Assembly (NCBI GenBank): GCA_002633005.1
Contig: NMRA01000513.1
Coordinates: forward strand, 1-64,000
Source: Phoronis australis
Taxonomy: Eukaryota > Animalia > Phoronida
Direction of reading: 5' to 3'
Length of the DNA stretch: 64,000 nt
Shown: positions 28,101 through 39,376 of the stretch, in pieces
Layout: each line of letters starts with the position of its first letter
Position numbering within the stretch: position 1 is the stretch's first letter
Program-made: the position numbers and the translations under genes
Notes under the pieces: generated by a model
Database searches by the model: none
What the model saw: only the letters and a program-made list of their open reading frames with translations
Told to the model about the DNA's origin: nothing

Positions 28101-31100
28101 TGAAGTTGGTGCACGTCTAAACAAGTTTTTAATTCCCAACCACCTCGTTTCCAAAAAATTTGGTCTACTGTGCATCAACACCTGTCACCCCTTTAAATAA
28201 CTGGCTTTCCAATGTGGGAACCCGGTGAAACCACTGAATCATAAATGAAATGATTTCAAAATATTTGAGGACCATGATGTATGAGCACTTAGCAAAATAT
28301 GTATTGAGTATATTGCAATGTGTCCTCGTTAAGTAAATTCAATAATAATGATAATGATTATGATAATGATTAGGATTATGACTCATACCCTGTCAGCCCC
28401 TAGGGTATTCTTATATTAAGCGAAAAGTGCCGTCCAAAAGGGTGTTTTTCACAGCAAGAATGCTCTCCAAAATGGTGCCATTTTGACAAAGTACATGTAC
28501 TATCTAAAAAGGTGCTTTTTTCTGAATTTCTGGAACAGAACTGTTTGAAAATGTGAATTTTGCACAACATTATTCTCTAATAATTCAGTCGTTGGGGTGA
28601 AGCTGCTGAGACTTGTGATTTTTAGCCGGAAGTTTACTTTGGAAAACAGTCAGGAAAACTTACCCAGCTGACCCTCGAGTCTTAAGCTGAGAGATTGAAT
28701 GAAGTGCAGCCTATGCATGGAATACCGGATGTGCCGTCTCGATTGACATTTCAATCTGACTTCACATTTGAAATTTAATTTATTTCTTTACATTTCAGGT
28801 ACAAAATGTGCAAACGCTGACAGTAAAAGCATGGATCAGACTCGTGAGTAACTCATTCTCCTGTCTTCCATTGCATGCAGCGTCATACTCGAAATCCAGT
28901 TATTTTGTTCGAGATGGTCGGGAACCTTTGTGTTGATTCTTTGTTACAGGGATTGACACGTAACTTTCCTGATGACACGTGACAACACCGCTGACAGATA
29001 TAGACAGATATGGAGTTCATTGACTGCCCCAACAACAGCGTCATGTATCCATAATGTGATTTATTTCGGTCTATATGGGGAACTTGAAGAGCGAAATGTC
29101 TGCCATGCAGCAGGAGATTCGATTGTCACCATCTGGCATAACAAGGGAATAAACATAATCATAATGATCTGTTTGCCGTCGTTGGTGGATGATAGTGCCA
29201 ACGCAGTCACTCAACGTCTGTCATGAAACGATTTTGAATGAATGTTACGTGTAACTATTAGACACTTATTACACAGGGTCGAAATTGCGCAGGTTACGAG
29301 ATGTTGAGAATTAATGAAAGCTATACCCAATGTTTGCGCATACATGTACGATGTGATTCATATTGATGCACAGGCCTTTAAAACGTGCTATTGAACTAGT
29401 GAAATGAATATAGCTTCCACTGAAAGACGTGTTTTAAGAAACAACCGTATATATCCCAATTTCCCCTACTCGCTTGTCGCTGTCGTTTCGTTCGTTCCCT
29501 AGCCAGCGCTTTCACGTGAACGTGATTTTCTCGGTGGTGTGTGATCACAAATAGGTTGAAACCCGAAGAAGGTTCGTTACCTCAGCAATTGTGTTAGGCT
29601 TAAGTCTAGCTCTGATAAAATACACAGGAAAGTATTTAGTCTTAAAATGGTTCCCTGTGTAACCTTCGAACTAGAAATCAGCTTATGTCATTAAACTTTC
29701 GAAATAGTAGACAAAGTGACTCCAACTGTTCTTCTTTCAGTACTGGTACGACGCTTCTCTAACCTGGAATGTGTCCGACTACAAAGGTGTCACGACAACG
29801 GAGTTATCGACGGAGCAGATTTGGCTTCCCGATATTGTTCTGTTCAACAGGTATGATTTAATTCTTCTATCTGTAGTTCTTCATTGTTTTCACATAAAAA
29901 ACATCCCAAGAGAATTTGTAAAATTTATACTAATTAATTTGACTTCGCACCTCTCCATTGTTGCGTCCTCGGTTTTTCATCTTGACTCAAACAGTGCCCA
30001 AGGTAGCGTTGCGTCGTCTGTAAAGTTAAGATTACGGAAGAAATCGAAACATAATGCAGGTGAAAGGAGAGTGCGTTGGGAGCTTTTTCGTCCCAGGCCC
30101 CCAGCTTGCTTGCCTATATTAGCAAAATGGCAACCACTGAAGTGATTAGTCTATTTATCCTTCGACTCTAGGGTATATCTCGGTGTCACGTCATTTGACC
30201 TCATTTTACGATGTTAAACTACGAGCAGTTTATCAAATGTTCACATAATGCCTCCATTTCTCTAATTTATCTGAATAAGTATTGCTGCTCAACGATTTCA
30301 GTTAAACGCTGTTCCTTTCTTGTTAACTTGTATGAGTTATCACACCAGAAGCACTGTTCTACTGTAATTCAAAGCACTCTTATGTTTAAGTTAACAGAGA
30401 GCATATTGATCGTCACCGGCGTTTATCACCACAGTGGCGGATCTAGGATATCACAAGGGGGGGGCCAACATTTTGTCCGGCTGTAAACATTTGTGCAAAC
30501 TGAACCACGATTGTAGATGCGCATAGCACCGAATGGGAGTGTTGGCAATAATGACGGGATTGCTTTGAAAATCGTCTTAACATAAGGTTTGACAAAGAGA
30601 GTATTGCGAGTTTCTGAGTGATTCACTAAGGCTTCGATTAAAATTCCCATCTTACCAGCAGCTTCTGTTTTTTCATCGTCACTCAGGTTCTATTTTCTTT
30701 AAAAAATGAAGTAAATTTTCTTCATTGCACAGTGGAGCAGACGACGGAAACAGTCAAAGTGCGCAGCGCCACTGCCGGTCGCCTGGGATATCGCGGGAGA
30801 GCCTATACTAACCACAGTTCCGTTACGAATGCGCCGTGTTCCGAATTTGACACTTGAAATTGGATTTGAGCCCCCCCCCTCAACACTAAAACTGCACACA
30901 TTTAAATCTTTTTTCATCCGCATAATTTTAATTACCGGGGTTAATTAATAAGATCAACATTTTCCTACGCTCTTACTGTTTTATTTTTTGCGGCAGCCAA
31001 GTGGGGGGCACGGGCCCCCTGGGACCCCCCCTAAATCCGCCTATGCACCAGTAATATAACTCAAGTTATGGTAGCTAAGGCTTTGAAACATGAACTTTAT

Positions 31101-34100
31101 GTACAGCTTGATTTAAATGCACCAGTTGACCCCATCATCAAAGAACCAGATGTTTACAGATGCACGGCAGATTTTAACGTCAGTTGTTCGAGACTAGATA
31201 GTTACATTGTGCTATGGTCAAAAGATGGCTCTTCAAAGTTTTTCGTGGTTTTGGGTTTGGAAATCCAGGTACAGACCTCAGTTCCGCAGGATGTACGAAA
31301 ATGAAATGAAAACTTTAAACTGGGTCAAATACTTCAACGAACTCGCAAAATAACCAAAAATACTGATTCCGAATAGAGTTATTCTCCATCTTTAAGACTA
31401 CGTAATATGCAGTTGGCTACTGAAAAATGAGCAAAAATTCACTGAATTAGCATTTTCACCCCAAGTCCAGCATTCGCTGCAATGACTTTCATCTTAGAAA
31501 TAGTGTATCCAGATTTCAGAATTAAACGCTCTCAGTTATTATAGTCATGTGAAAGCCATGTTTCTTACAAATCCATATGCTTGAAGAGTCACTGAATTTC
31601 GTGCTAAATTGTATGTTTTCACTTACAAATTAGTGACATTTTAAGAAAAGCAACGAATGTTGAGTTCAACGTGTATACATGTACAAGGGTCCGTAAATCC
31701 CGCCGGAAATTGACGTGATTGACACGGCTGTCCCGTACCTCTGGAGATTTTCTTAAACTTCAAGTCAATTTAAAGCTGACCGTTCTTCTACATGTAATTT
31801 TATACAATTGTCTGTGATTACGCCAAGTCGACGCTTCGAAAAATGTTTGCCTTTTTAGCAACACCCACAAACTTTGGTCTTAATAACCTGAGATTGTTAT
31901 TATCTCGTTCTGTTCTCATAATAACATGCAACTCACTTTAATCCAAACTATTTCAGCAAGAATGCATGAAATATTGAAATAAAAAAAATATCCGACCACG
32001 CCAACAAAAATATATTTAAAAGTGGTGGAAGTCGTGGCCATGAGCCATCATGATGAACGCCGGTGATTCTTATTCCCTAGCGCTGCTGGTAGTGATTTCA
32101 AGCTGACGACAGACGAATCTCTGGTAATTGTCTCTCACGATGGCCGCGTGTTCTGGAGATTTCCCACTACCTTGTCAAGCTTCTGTCCGCTAGATGTCAC
32201 CTACTTCCCCTTCGATAAACAGGTAAAAATGGTAAAGCTCATGGACATGACAGCGTATGTAGCTTCATATACACCAGACAATGTTTTGGAGTCAATAATC
32301 CTCAAAATTGACTGCTGTTTTAATTCCTTTTAAAAATCATTGTGATTATAAACGATGGAAATCTCATCGCAGTTGGTTCCCAGGATCTTCTTGTTTGCCG
32401 CCCCACCGACAACTTCTAGCCGCTGTTGAGTTCTGGAAAGCACTCGTATTCCCGACGCTCAACTCACCAGGAACGTATTCGATATATCCGCATCTTAAAA
32501 AGTTCCTTGTCTGCACGCATGTACTACGTGATGCTATCTATCGTTTACATGCATAATACATCGACTGCCATCAATGTATATACAAGAGTTGTTGATTGAA
32601 GCAAAGCTTGTCCCATTTTGGCCACAGTTTTGTTGGATCCGAGTACATGTGTATATCCAAACAGTTCAATTGTCGTATACGATGTCGATAAAAAGTTGTG
32701 TGCGAAAGTTCGTAGTGTGCACATGTACGTGCAGATGACGCTCAACAACATATCGTCATGCCATGAATGTCTGCACTCTCCATCCAAACTGTTGGCTGAA
32801 TTTTTTCCCAGTAGTTTTTTTTTCTAGTTAAGTCTGTTGGCTTATGTCTTTCGACTCTCGGCTGTAAATAGGCTTACGGATGGCTTGGCTTGTTTCACGA
32901 AAATCGGTCCATAACTCGAAATCAAAAGACACATAGGCCTAGGCTCTCAACAAGTCTGAAGACTAAACGCTTTAAGAGGTGCAAAATACAAAAAGTGAAC
33001 TGTTGACTCTACGTATTCATACTTCTGACTTTTGGCAACAGCAATGAGACAAAAGCCAATAGTTTCCTTGAGAAACAGGTCACACGTCTCTTAAAGCTCT
33101 TTACTGCACTCTCTCCACGCATGGCTCTGCTGAAAGTTTATGAGTGTGTATTTTTAACAGGTGTGTCACATGAAGTTTGGCTCATGGGTGTTCAACTTGC
33201 ATCAACTAGATCTACACTCGGTAAGAGAGACCGGGGACACAAGTGTGTATAAAGGTATGTTTTTATAAAGCACAGAGCCTGGGAACCGGGGGTCTTCGGA
33301 GCTGTTCCTCAGGTACACTGCAGTTCACAGCGGTAGACATAGGCCTACATGTATGTTAATTTTATGTACACACATATTTTTGTATTTGGGTGCATGTTGC
33401 CGTCATCTCTGGGCATCCGGTGTCTGCAGCTGTATCTCCTAAACTGTATGCACGTTCATAACGAGATTTGGCAGATGTGCCGACCCCTAGTGACGATTTT
33501 TGTTTTTCGCGTTCACGGTAGTATCCCCTTAACATTTTGGAGGATCTTAGTAAAATTTGACCGATTTGTGCCTATTGAGATGATAACAGATGACGACGAG
33601 TTTCAGACCAATCCGACTACAGATGCGCCCCTAGTGGCAGTTGGCTTTTATATGTTTACTTCTGTATCTCCTTAGTTCCTTCATGGATTTACATGAAATT
33701 TAAAAACCTTTTTGTTAAAGAGATGATGACGCCTTCCTGTTTCGGACGAATTTGACACATTCTGGTTCTTTTCTAGCGATTGCCTCTTAATCTACCCAAC
33801 TGTTCAAAGGATCATTATGAATAATAGCAATTGTGTTCCTTTTGAGAATACCATGACTGACATTGATATTTAGACGGATCTGATACCCGTGGCGCCCGCA
33901 TGGGATGATTTTGTATTTTTGCTGCCATGACAGCAGCTCTAATTTTTTGCATGATCTTTGTTAACTTTTGAGGTGTTTTCCTATAGGTCTGACATTTGCT
34001 GCCCATTACTTTTTGGACGGCTCTTAACTGTCACTATGGCCCCCAGAAGCAATTTTCCCAAAGAACAGTAACAAAAGAACAAGTGAACAACATCGTTTGA

Positions 34101-37100
34101 CAGAGTTCTAACCTCCATTTGTAACAATAACGTACTCCTATTATTCTATGAACTTAGTTGAAGAGACGAATGTACTTTTTGTTTGGCAGCTTAATACAAA
34201 CTCGGTCTTAGTCTCTAAACAACCTCCTATCTTCATGTTGTTTTAAGCGGCCAAACAAAAAGTACAGTCTAATCAAAAACACACTTCAAAATCTCCGACC
34301 TTTTAAACCGATGTTTTATGTAACGCCATTTATGGTTTAAACTGGAATTTTGCCACCGTCCATTTTCAGAAAACAACGAGTGGATTCTTGAAAAATTTGT
34401 AACTGAAAGAAATGTTGCCGGTTATAGTAACACGGACGAGAAATTCCCGGATTTGACGTTTTCGCTGCATCTAGAGAGAAGGCCGCTTTATGTTTGTTTC
34501 AATTTGGTAAGTGGAGCTGACTGAATTTGAAATGCAAGGTGTACAATGTAACTGCCAATTTAGTTTCCTTTGAATTTAGAAATTCCAATTGTGATTGTGT
34601 AAAGAGAAACGTTTCGGTTTATAACATTTCTCGTAAAATATTCCAACCTAATGTATTCTTCGTTGTTTCATGTATTTAAATCCAAGGATTCTGCGGAGGT
34701 AGTTTCAATAATGATGCTACACACTTTCTAGAGCAATTCCAAGTTGTATTTATCGCTGTGGAGTGACGTATTCACAGGACGTATGGTCCTACATTTGTAT
34801 CTCCATGAATGTTATTCAGTAGGTTACGTTTTGCTTTGCTGACTAAAATCCTAAACTGCGTCAAAGACTCTCGTCTGGCATTGGCTTGGGGACGATGGGA
34901 TATCTGATTGTAAAATATCACATATATTGTCTTAAAGATGATGGAGGTCTGACTTTAACGTTTTCCTCAAACACGTTCCACTGTCTAACGTGCCGACTCC
35001 AAGACGTTTATCATGCTTTATTGTTCAGGTATTCTCTCCGTAGATTCTTCCATCATGCCTGATTGCCGCCATTGGTATGTTGGCATACATACTGCCCTCT
35101 GACGAAGGCGAGAAGATTGGTCTCTGCGTCACTATGTTAGTGACGCTGTCCTTCCTAATGTTGCTGATAGCAGACAAGATGCCACCGACCTCCACATCCA
35201 TCCCATTGTTAGGTAATTTATTCCGTCTTTTTCACCTATCACTTACATGTACAGCTGTACAGTACTTTGAATCACTGGCAAGGGAAATTACTAACCTGCC
35301 CACTTTGTTTTGAAAATGACATAACCGTTTCCGAAAAACATTGCTCTTTCAACTTACGTTAGATGGGGGACAAGTCAATCTGACAAGTCTGACCTTTCAC
35401 ATTGGAAATGTGGAAGAGTAACATAGCCCAATGAGGCACTCTAGAATTTTGTGTTTGGGCATCAGTACGCATGCTCAGATTTGGAACATTGTCGTGAACC
35501 GTCCCAACTGTAGTTGTCAGACTGAAAAACGTGAGTGGTTTACAGGTTGAAATCATTTCTGAGATTATGTAGAAGTCGAGAAATATGTCCAAATTCGTGT
35601 TTTTAAGCACAGCGTATCTCAATGGCTGATAGGATTGATATGAAACTTCCAGATGGTACATGCGAATAAATNTGCTCTTTCAACTTACGTTAGATGGGGG
35701 ACAAGTCAATCTGACAAGTCTGACCTTTCACATTGGAAATGTGGAAGAGTAACATAGCCCAATGAGGCACTCTAGAATTTTCTGTTTGGGCATCAGTACG
35801 CATGCTCAGATTTGGAACATTGTCGTGAACCGTCCCAACTGTAGTTGTCAGACTGAAAAACGTGAGTGGTTTACAGGTTGAAATCATTTCTGAGATTATG
35901 TAGAAGTCGAGAAATATGTCCAAATTCGTGTTTTTAAGCACAGCGTATCTCAATGGCTGATAGGATTGATATGAAACTTCCAGATGGTACATGCGAATAA
36001 ATATGGGGAACCGCCTGGAGATTGGTGGTTGCTTTCTTTCTTCGGAAAATGCGTTTCCCTTTGCTCTACTGTGTTCATAAACAAGATCTGAAAGCACCTG
36101 GACCATGAGTCAGACAACTTCAATCTGACACCTCCGTGTCTATTCAAAGAGGGATTCGTCCTAGACTGGCTACATGACACGTCAATCAAACGAAGAGCTT
36201 TCTTAGTCCAGTGCCATGACGTCTGTTGTCGCAAATGAAAAGAGGAATAATAATGTTCATTGCGGTCTATTTAGATTCTATGCATTGTGCTGTGAATAAT
36301 TGTTTTCAAGATGTCCCCCGTTTGCATGAGGGGCTATCATAACATTACTGTTGATTTTCGTGAAAAATCACGAGTTGCAGAGAACGCACATGTACATGAA
36401 ACGTGCAAAATGTCATAAACATGGCCACGCAACACAACTAGTGGCAGATAGATAAAAGGTCACAAATCAAATTATGCAAGCCTTCAGCTTACTGCATGTA
36501 GAGTTCTTCTTACATTTGGCTAAATGCATAAAAATAGTTGGCCATAACGTCCTACACAGCATTACATTTATCTGCACTGGCGACGTCTTCACCTACATGT
36601 GCCTGTAGACCCTAGGTCATGATTGTAACCCGTGCGTGTGCACAACAGTATCAAACAAGTCACATAGGCGGATTTAGAGGGGACCAAGGGGTCCCGACCC
36701 TTCCCCTTGGTTGCCGCAAGCAAAATGAAACATTAACAGCGTGAAGCGTGAGGAAATATTGCACATACAATTCCCCGAGGCAACATGTTGGCCGGTCTTC
36801 CCTTATGGTATCCTAGATCCGCCACTGAGTCATCTTACATAACAACCCCCCAAACTGAAACCACTGATTGGTTCACAATGCTGGGTCAGTAAGCATTTGA
36901 TTACAGAGTTTTTCTCTTGCTAAAGTCGTCTTGACAATTTTAATTTTTTGTTCACCATAAACTTAGCGTTTCCGATAAACCGTAGGTCAATGTGTTCGTG
37001 AAGGTGACATCTGTTCGACGAGATGCCAATATAATGTAGCACTTACAGCATTTGCTGTAGTAAGTATGACCATAAATCGAATTNCAACATGTTGGCCGGT

Positions 37101-39376
37101 CTTCCCTTATGGTATCCTAGATCCGCCACTGAGTCATCTTACATAACAACCCCCCCCCAAACTGAAAACCACTGATTGGTTCACAATGCTGGGTCAGTAA
37201 GCATTTGATTACAGAGTTTTTCTCTTGCTAAAGTCGTCTTGACAATTTTAATTTTTTGTTCACCATAAACTTAGCGTTTCCGATAAACCGTAGGTCAATG
37301 TGTTCGTGAAGGTGACATCTGTTCGACGAGATGCCAATATAATGTAGCACTTACAGCATTTGCTGTAGTAAGTATGACCATAAATCGAATTTTTGTGAGG
37401 GCAGCGGTGTACCTTATATTTATCGAAGACTGCATCTTATCGTTGCAAGCGCAAGAGAAACGCTCACGGAATCAATCTTCTTTACAGGAGAGTTCTTCGC
37501 CGTCATCGTCATCATGCTCTCTTTGACGACACTGTTGTCGGCGTATATTATTCATGTCCACTTTCGCGGGGGCCGTGGTAAACCCGTACCAAAATGGGCG
37601 AAGGTCTTGGTTCTGAAAGGTTTGGCTAAAATTCTTTGTTTTGACCTGGATTGCAGCGGACACCATGGGTACGAAACTTCAGAAAGAAATTGTAAGAAGG
37701 TAAGTTTAAGGGACGTTATCTTTGAAGCCTTTGTAGCAAAGAACAAACTTGCTGTTTCATTGTGGACTTGGTTTTAAACAATTACCAGGTCTTTTTATTT
37801 ACATTCCATTTCTTTTATTGCTGTTTTCTAATGTGTAGATTGTAATGAGTGATAATGGTTATCAACGGATGTTTGCAAGGAGAACGCTTCTTTGAACAAC
37901 AAACAGGTACTTTGTTTAAAGTTCACGCAGTACCAATTAGATCATTCGTAAATCGCAAATTTCAATATGGAATAAATCCAATTAGCGGTTGTGAATCTTA
38001 CCCGCTTTGAAGCCGGCAATCGCTGAACCTTCTTACGTCATCGTAATTTACTTGATATTCGATTGATTGAATACATGTACTCGATGACCGTGAAAGTGAG
38101 ACATGACAACAATACGACAACTTGATCATAGATGAGAAATAGGACATGCAAAGTTTGCAAACTGAATGGACGATAGGACTTGACAACACATACAAAACGT
38201 TGATGAGAGTAAAACATGTAGTTGTGAACAAAAAATAATGAAAGATCACAGGATGAAAACAAAAGAACAGCGGCACAAGTAATAAATAATGAAGCTCATA
38301 CATGTAAGTAATGATAGCAATAGTCAACAGTGCTGGCAGTTTGTTAAAAGACGTCAGCCCGAAACGTTTCTCTGGAGGAATATGGACGGAAAGTGTTACT
38401 TCACAGTACTGTGGAAGTCTAGGAGATGTCACAATCTTGGTTCTACTGTAGCTCTTGCCATTATATTGGAAATAACATTGAGTCAAGAATTACAGCCGAA
38501 ACAATCTCCAGGCTGACATGCTAACCTGTGTGTTTCACAGATACTTTGACACGAGCTACAGGTTTAAAAAGTTTCTGAACTCGATGAATTTTGCGTCAGT
38601 GCAGTTGAATATGTTACCGCAACATTGTCTCTAGTGTAATTGTGAGGGGTATGACGTTTTCTTCTTGTCTGTAAGAGGTCTTGAATTTCCCGCCAGGGGT
38701 GCGGTACGAATATGCATGTCTCTTATTCCGAATGTTGGAATGATAAATATCCATAGTGAAAAATTAATGTTTCATCACACCATCAGCCAAAACTGCCGTG
38801 TGGTTCCAAAAGGCGAGGTCCAGAACATCATAAAGTACTTATGATTTTGCAGAAAATTGACCTGTATTATGGAAAGTCCAATGTCCAGGCGTCGCTAAAT
38901 CGCATGATTATCAGGTTTTTCTGACAAACAATTCTTCCATGCAAGTTTCCCATAATTTTGAACGAATACGCTGGAACTGAAATTGCTTGCAACAGAATTT
39001 TGTTATTATCTCTGTCGCCTTCACGTTCATTCAGACCCACGACATTTGATGAAATTGATCTCTGTTCTGTTGCTTTTCTCAGGAAAACGGCAAACGTGTC
39101 CAACTGAATGAATTCCCTACCAAGGACCATGTCCAAGAAAACAACGGGAATGAAGAGAAACCAGGCATCTCGGACAATCCTGCTTTGTGCGTCATTGGCG
39201 ACCGATTGAAGCGCATTGAGGATGCAATATTGTCGCGACAGCAAGCGGAGGACGAGCAAAGTGCTTTGGATGGCGATTGGCGTAAAGTTGCTATGGTGCT
39301 GGACCGACTGTTTTTGATTGTGTACGTGGTAATTTGCGTGATCGCTGCCTTGGCGCTTTTGTTAAAACGACCTTAA
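19094..39376 (+). CDS. Nicotinic acetylcholine receptor-like (Cys-loop pentameric ligand-gated cation channel) subunit, non-alpha type, 10 exons, 464 aa: join(19094..19142,24294..24436,28799..28843,29741..29850,32081..32222,33161..33254,34370..34506,35044..35212,37488..37699,39083..39376)
   Basis: All introns are GT-AG, phases match, and the joined 1395-nt frame has no internal stop. Motifs: signal peptide MSRIFLSLLLCYLFST; GYERSTRP; WIRLYWYD; IWLPDIVLFN (loop A); Cys-loop CPLDVTYFPFDKQVC; KFGSWVF (loop B); ENNEW; RRPLY-M1; GEKIGLCVT-M2; MPPTSTSIPLLG; M3; WRKVAMVLDRLFL-M4. Confidence 0.95.
20300..22370 (-). mobile_element. Possible highly decayed piggyBac-like transposase relic in nAChR intron 1
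   Basis: Acidic/Ser-rich start (ELEFSSGDSEVGNDD), WSQANVSNF*GGPG, and a distal Cys-rich pattern (CQVVSQTG...SYC...TCPS...FEKY with frameshifts); DDD core not recognisable. Confidence 0.3.
22675..22818. mobile_element. Small MITE (GGCGCAGCACTG ... GCCGCCCATG family); a shorter relative lies at ~45823-45889
   Basis: Imperfect TIRs; attga on both flanks; shared sequence with the second copy. Confidence 0.55.
22949..23386. repeat. Foldback element: ~200-bp arms built of ~21-bp subrepeats
   Basis: gtacctaaactacacg ... cgtgtagtttaggtac; arms pair throughout (e.g. catattcacgaggaaac / gtttcctcgtgaatatg). Confidence 0.85.
24294..24436 (+). CDS. nAChR-like exon 2
   Basis: tttttgtag acceptor; TLSVNTLDKELTKKILEGYERSTRPTDTFRDAVNVTMEIGLRELSEL; donor gtacgt. 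Confidence 0.93.
26471..26650. repeat. Palindromic (hairpin) element
   Basis: Core acgttgctaggcctctccta-aaatg-taggagaggtctagcaacgt, with outer arms gtaacaacagttacattttac / gtaaaatgtaactgttgttac. Confidence 0.85.
28799..28843 (+). CDS. nAChR-like exon 3 (45 nt)
   Basis: tttcag acceptor; VQNVQTLTVKAWIRL; donor gtgagt; same size as the conserved 45-nt nAChR exon. Confidence 0.92.
29741..29850 (+). CDS. nAChR-like exon 4 (110 nt, loop A)
   Basis: cttctttcag acceptor; YWYDASLTWNVSDYKGVTTTELSTEQIWLPDIVLFN; donor gtatga. Confidence 0.95.
30432..31045 (-). mobile_element. Same hAT5-like MITE, inverted, in nAChR intron 4
   Basis: CAGTGGCGGATCTAG ... CTAAATCCGCCTATG; exact 5-bp TSD cacca. Confidence 0.85.
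32081..32222 (+). CDS. nAChR-like exon 5 (first part of Cys-loop)
   Basis: ccctag acceptor; AAGSDFKLTTDESLVIVSHDGRVFWRFPTTLSSFCPLDVTYFPFDKQ; donor gtaaaa. Confidence 0.95.
33161..33254 (+). CDS. nAChR-like exon 6 (end of Cys-loop, loop B)
   Basis: tttttaacag acceptor; VCHMKFGSWVFNLHQLDLHSVRETGDTSVYK; donor gtatgt. Confidence 0.94.
34370..34506 (+). CDS. nAChR-like exon 7 (loop C, pre-M1)
   Basis: ttttcag acceptor; ENNEWILEKFVTERNVAGYSNTDEKFPDLTFSLHLERRPLYVCFNL; donor gtaagt. Confidence 0.95.
35044..35212 (+). CDS. nAChR-like exon 8 (M1, M2, M2-M3 loop)
   Basis: ctctccgtag acceptor; ILPSCLIAAIGMLAYILPSDEGEKIGLCVTMLVTLSFLMLLIADKMPPTSTSIPLLG; donor gtaatt. Confidence 0.94.
35342..36001. other. 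~330-bp tandem duplication split by a single N (35672); likely contig-overlap artefact
   Basis: Two near-identical copies (one substitution seen) abutting an n. Confidence 0.85.
36663..36827 (+). mobile_element. Short copy of the hAT5-like MITE in nAChR intron 8
   Basis: Same termini; exact 5-bp TSD agtca. Confidence 0.8.
36781..37392. other. ~300-bp tandem duplication split by a single N (37084); likely contig-overlap artefact
   Basis: Copies differ only in homopolymer lengths. Confidence 0.85.
37488..37699 (+). CDS. nAChR-like exon 9 (M3, MX helix)
   Basis: tttacag acceptor; EFFAVIVIMLSLTTLLSAYIIHVHFRGGRGKPVPKWAKVLVLKGLAKILC...NCKK; donor gtaagt. Confidence 0.94.
39083..39376 (+). CDS. 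nAChR-like exon 10 (intracellular loop, MA helix, M4, stop)
   Basis: ttttctcag acceptor, phase 0; ...DGDWRKVAMVLDRLFLIVYVVICVIAALALLLKRP-TAA. Confidence 0.93.
   Translation, partial: ENGKRVQLNEFPTKDHVQENNGNEEKPGISDNPALCVIGDRLKRIEDAILSRQQAEDEQSALDGDWRKVAMVLDRLFLIVYVVICVIAALALLLKRP

Noticed and set aside
35342-37392. Two apparent tandem duplications and their duplicate ORFs (35359-35661, 35690-36106)
   Set aside because: Each pair is joined by a single N and is near-identical, typical of unmerged contig or haplotype overlap
37839-37906. Possible extra exon (tag|ATT...CAG|gtac) between receptor exons 9 and 10
   Set aside because: In the required phase it contains a TGA and is not a multiple of three; exons 9 and 10 already join in frame
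37998-38486. 162-aa minus-strand ORF and most other short ORFs in the track
   Set aside because: No recognisable motifs, composition typical of AT-rich intronic sequence, often with non-ATG starts
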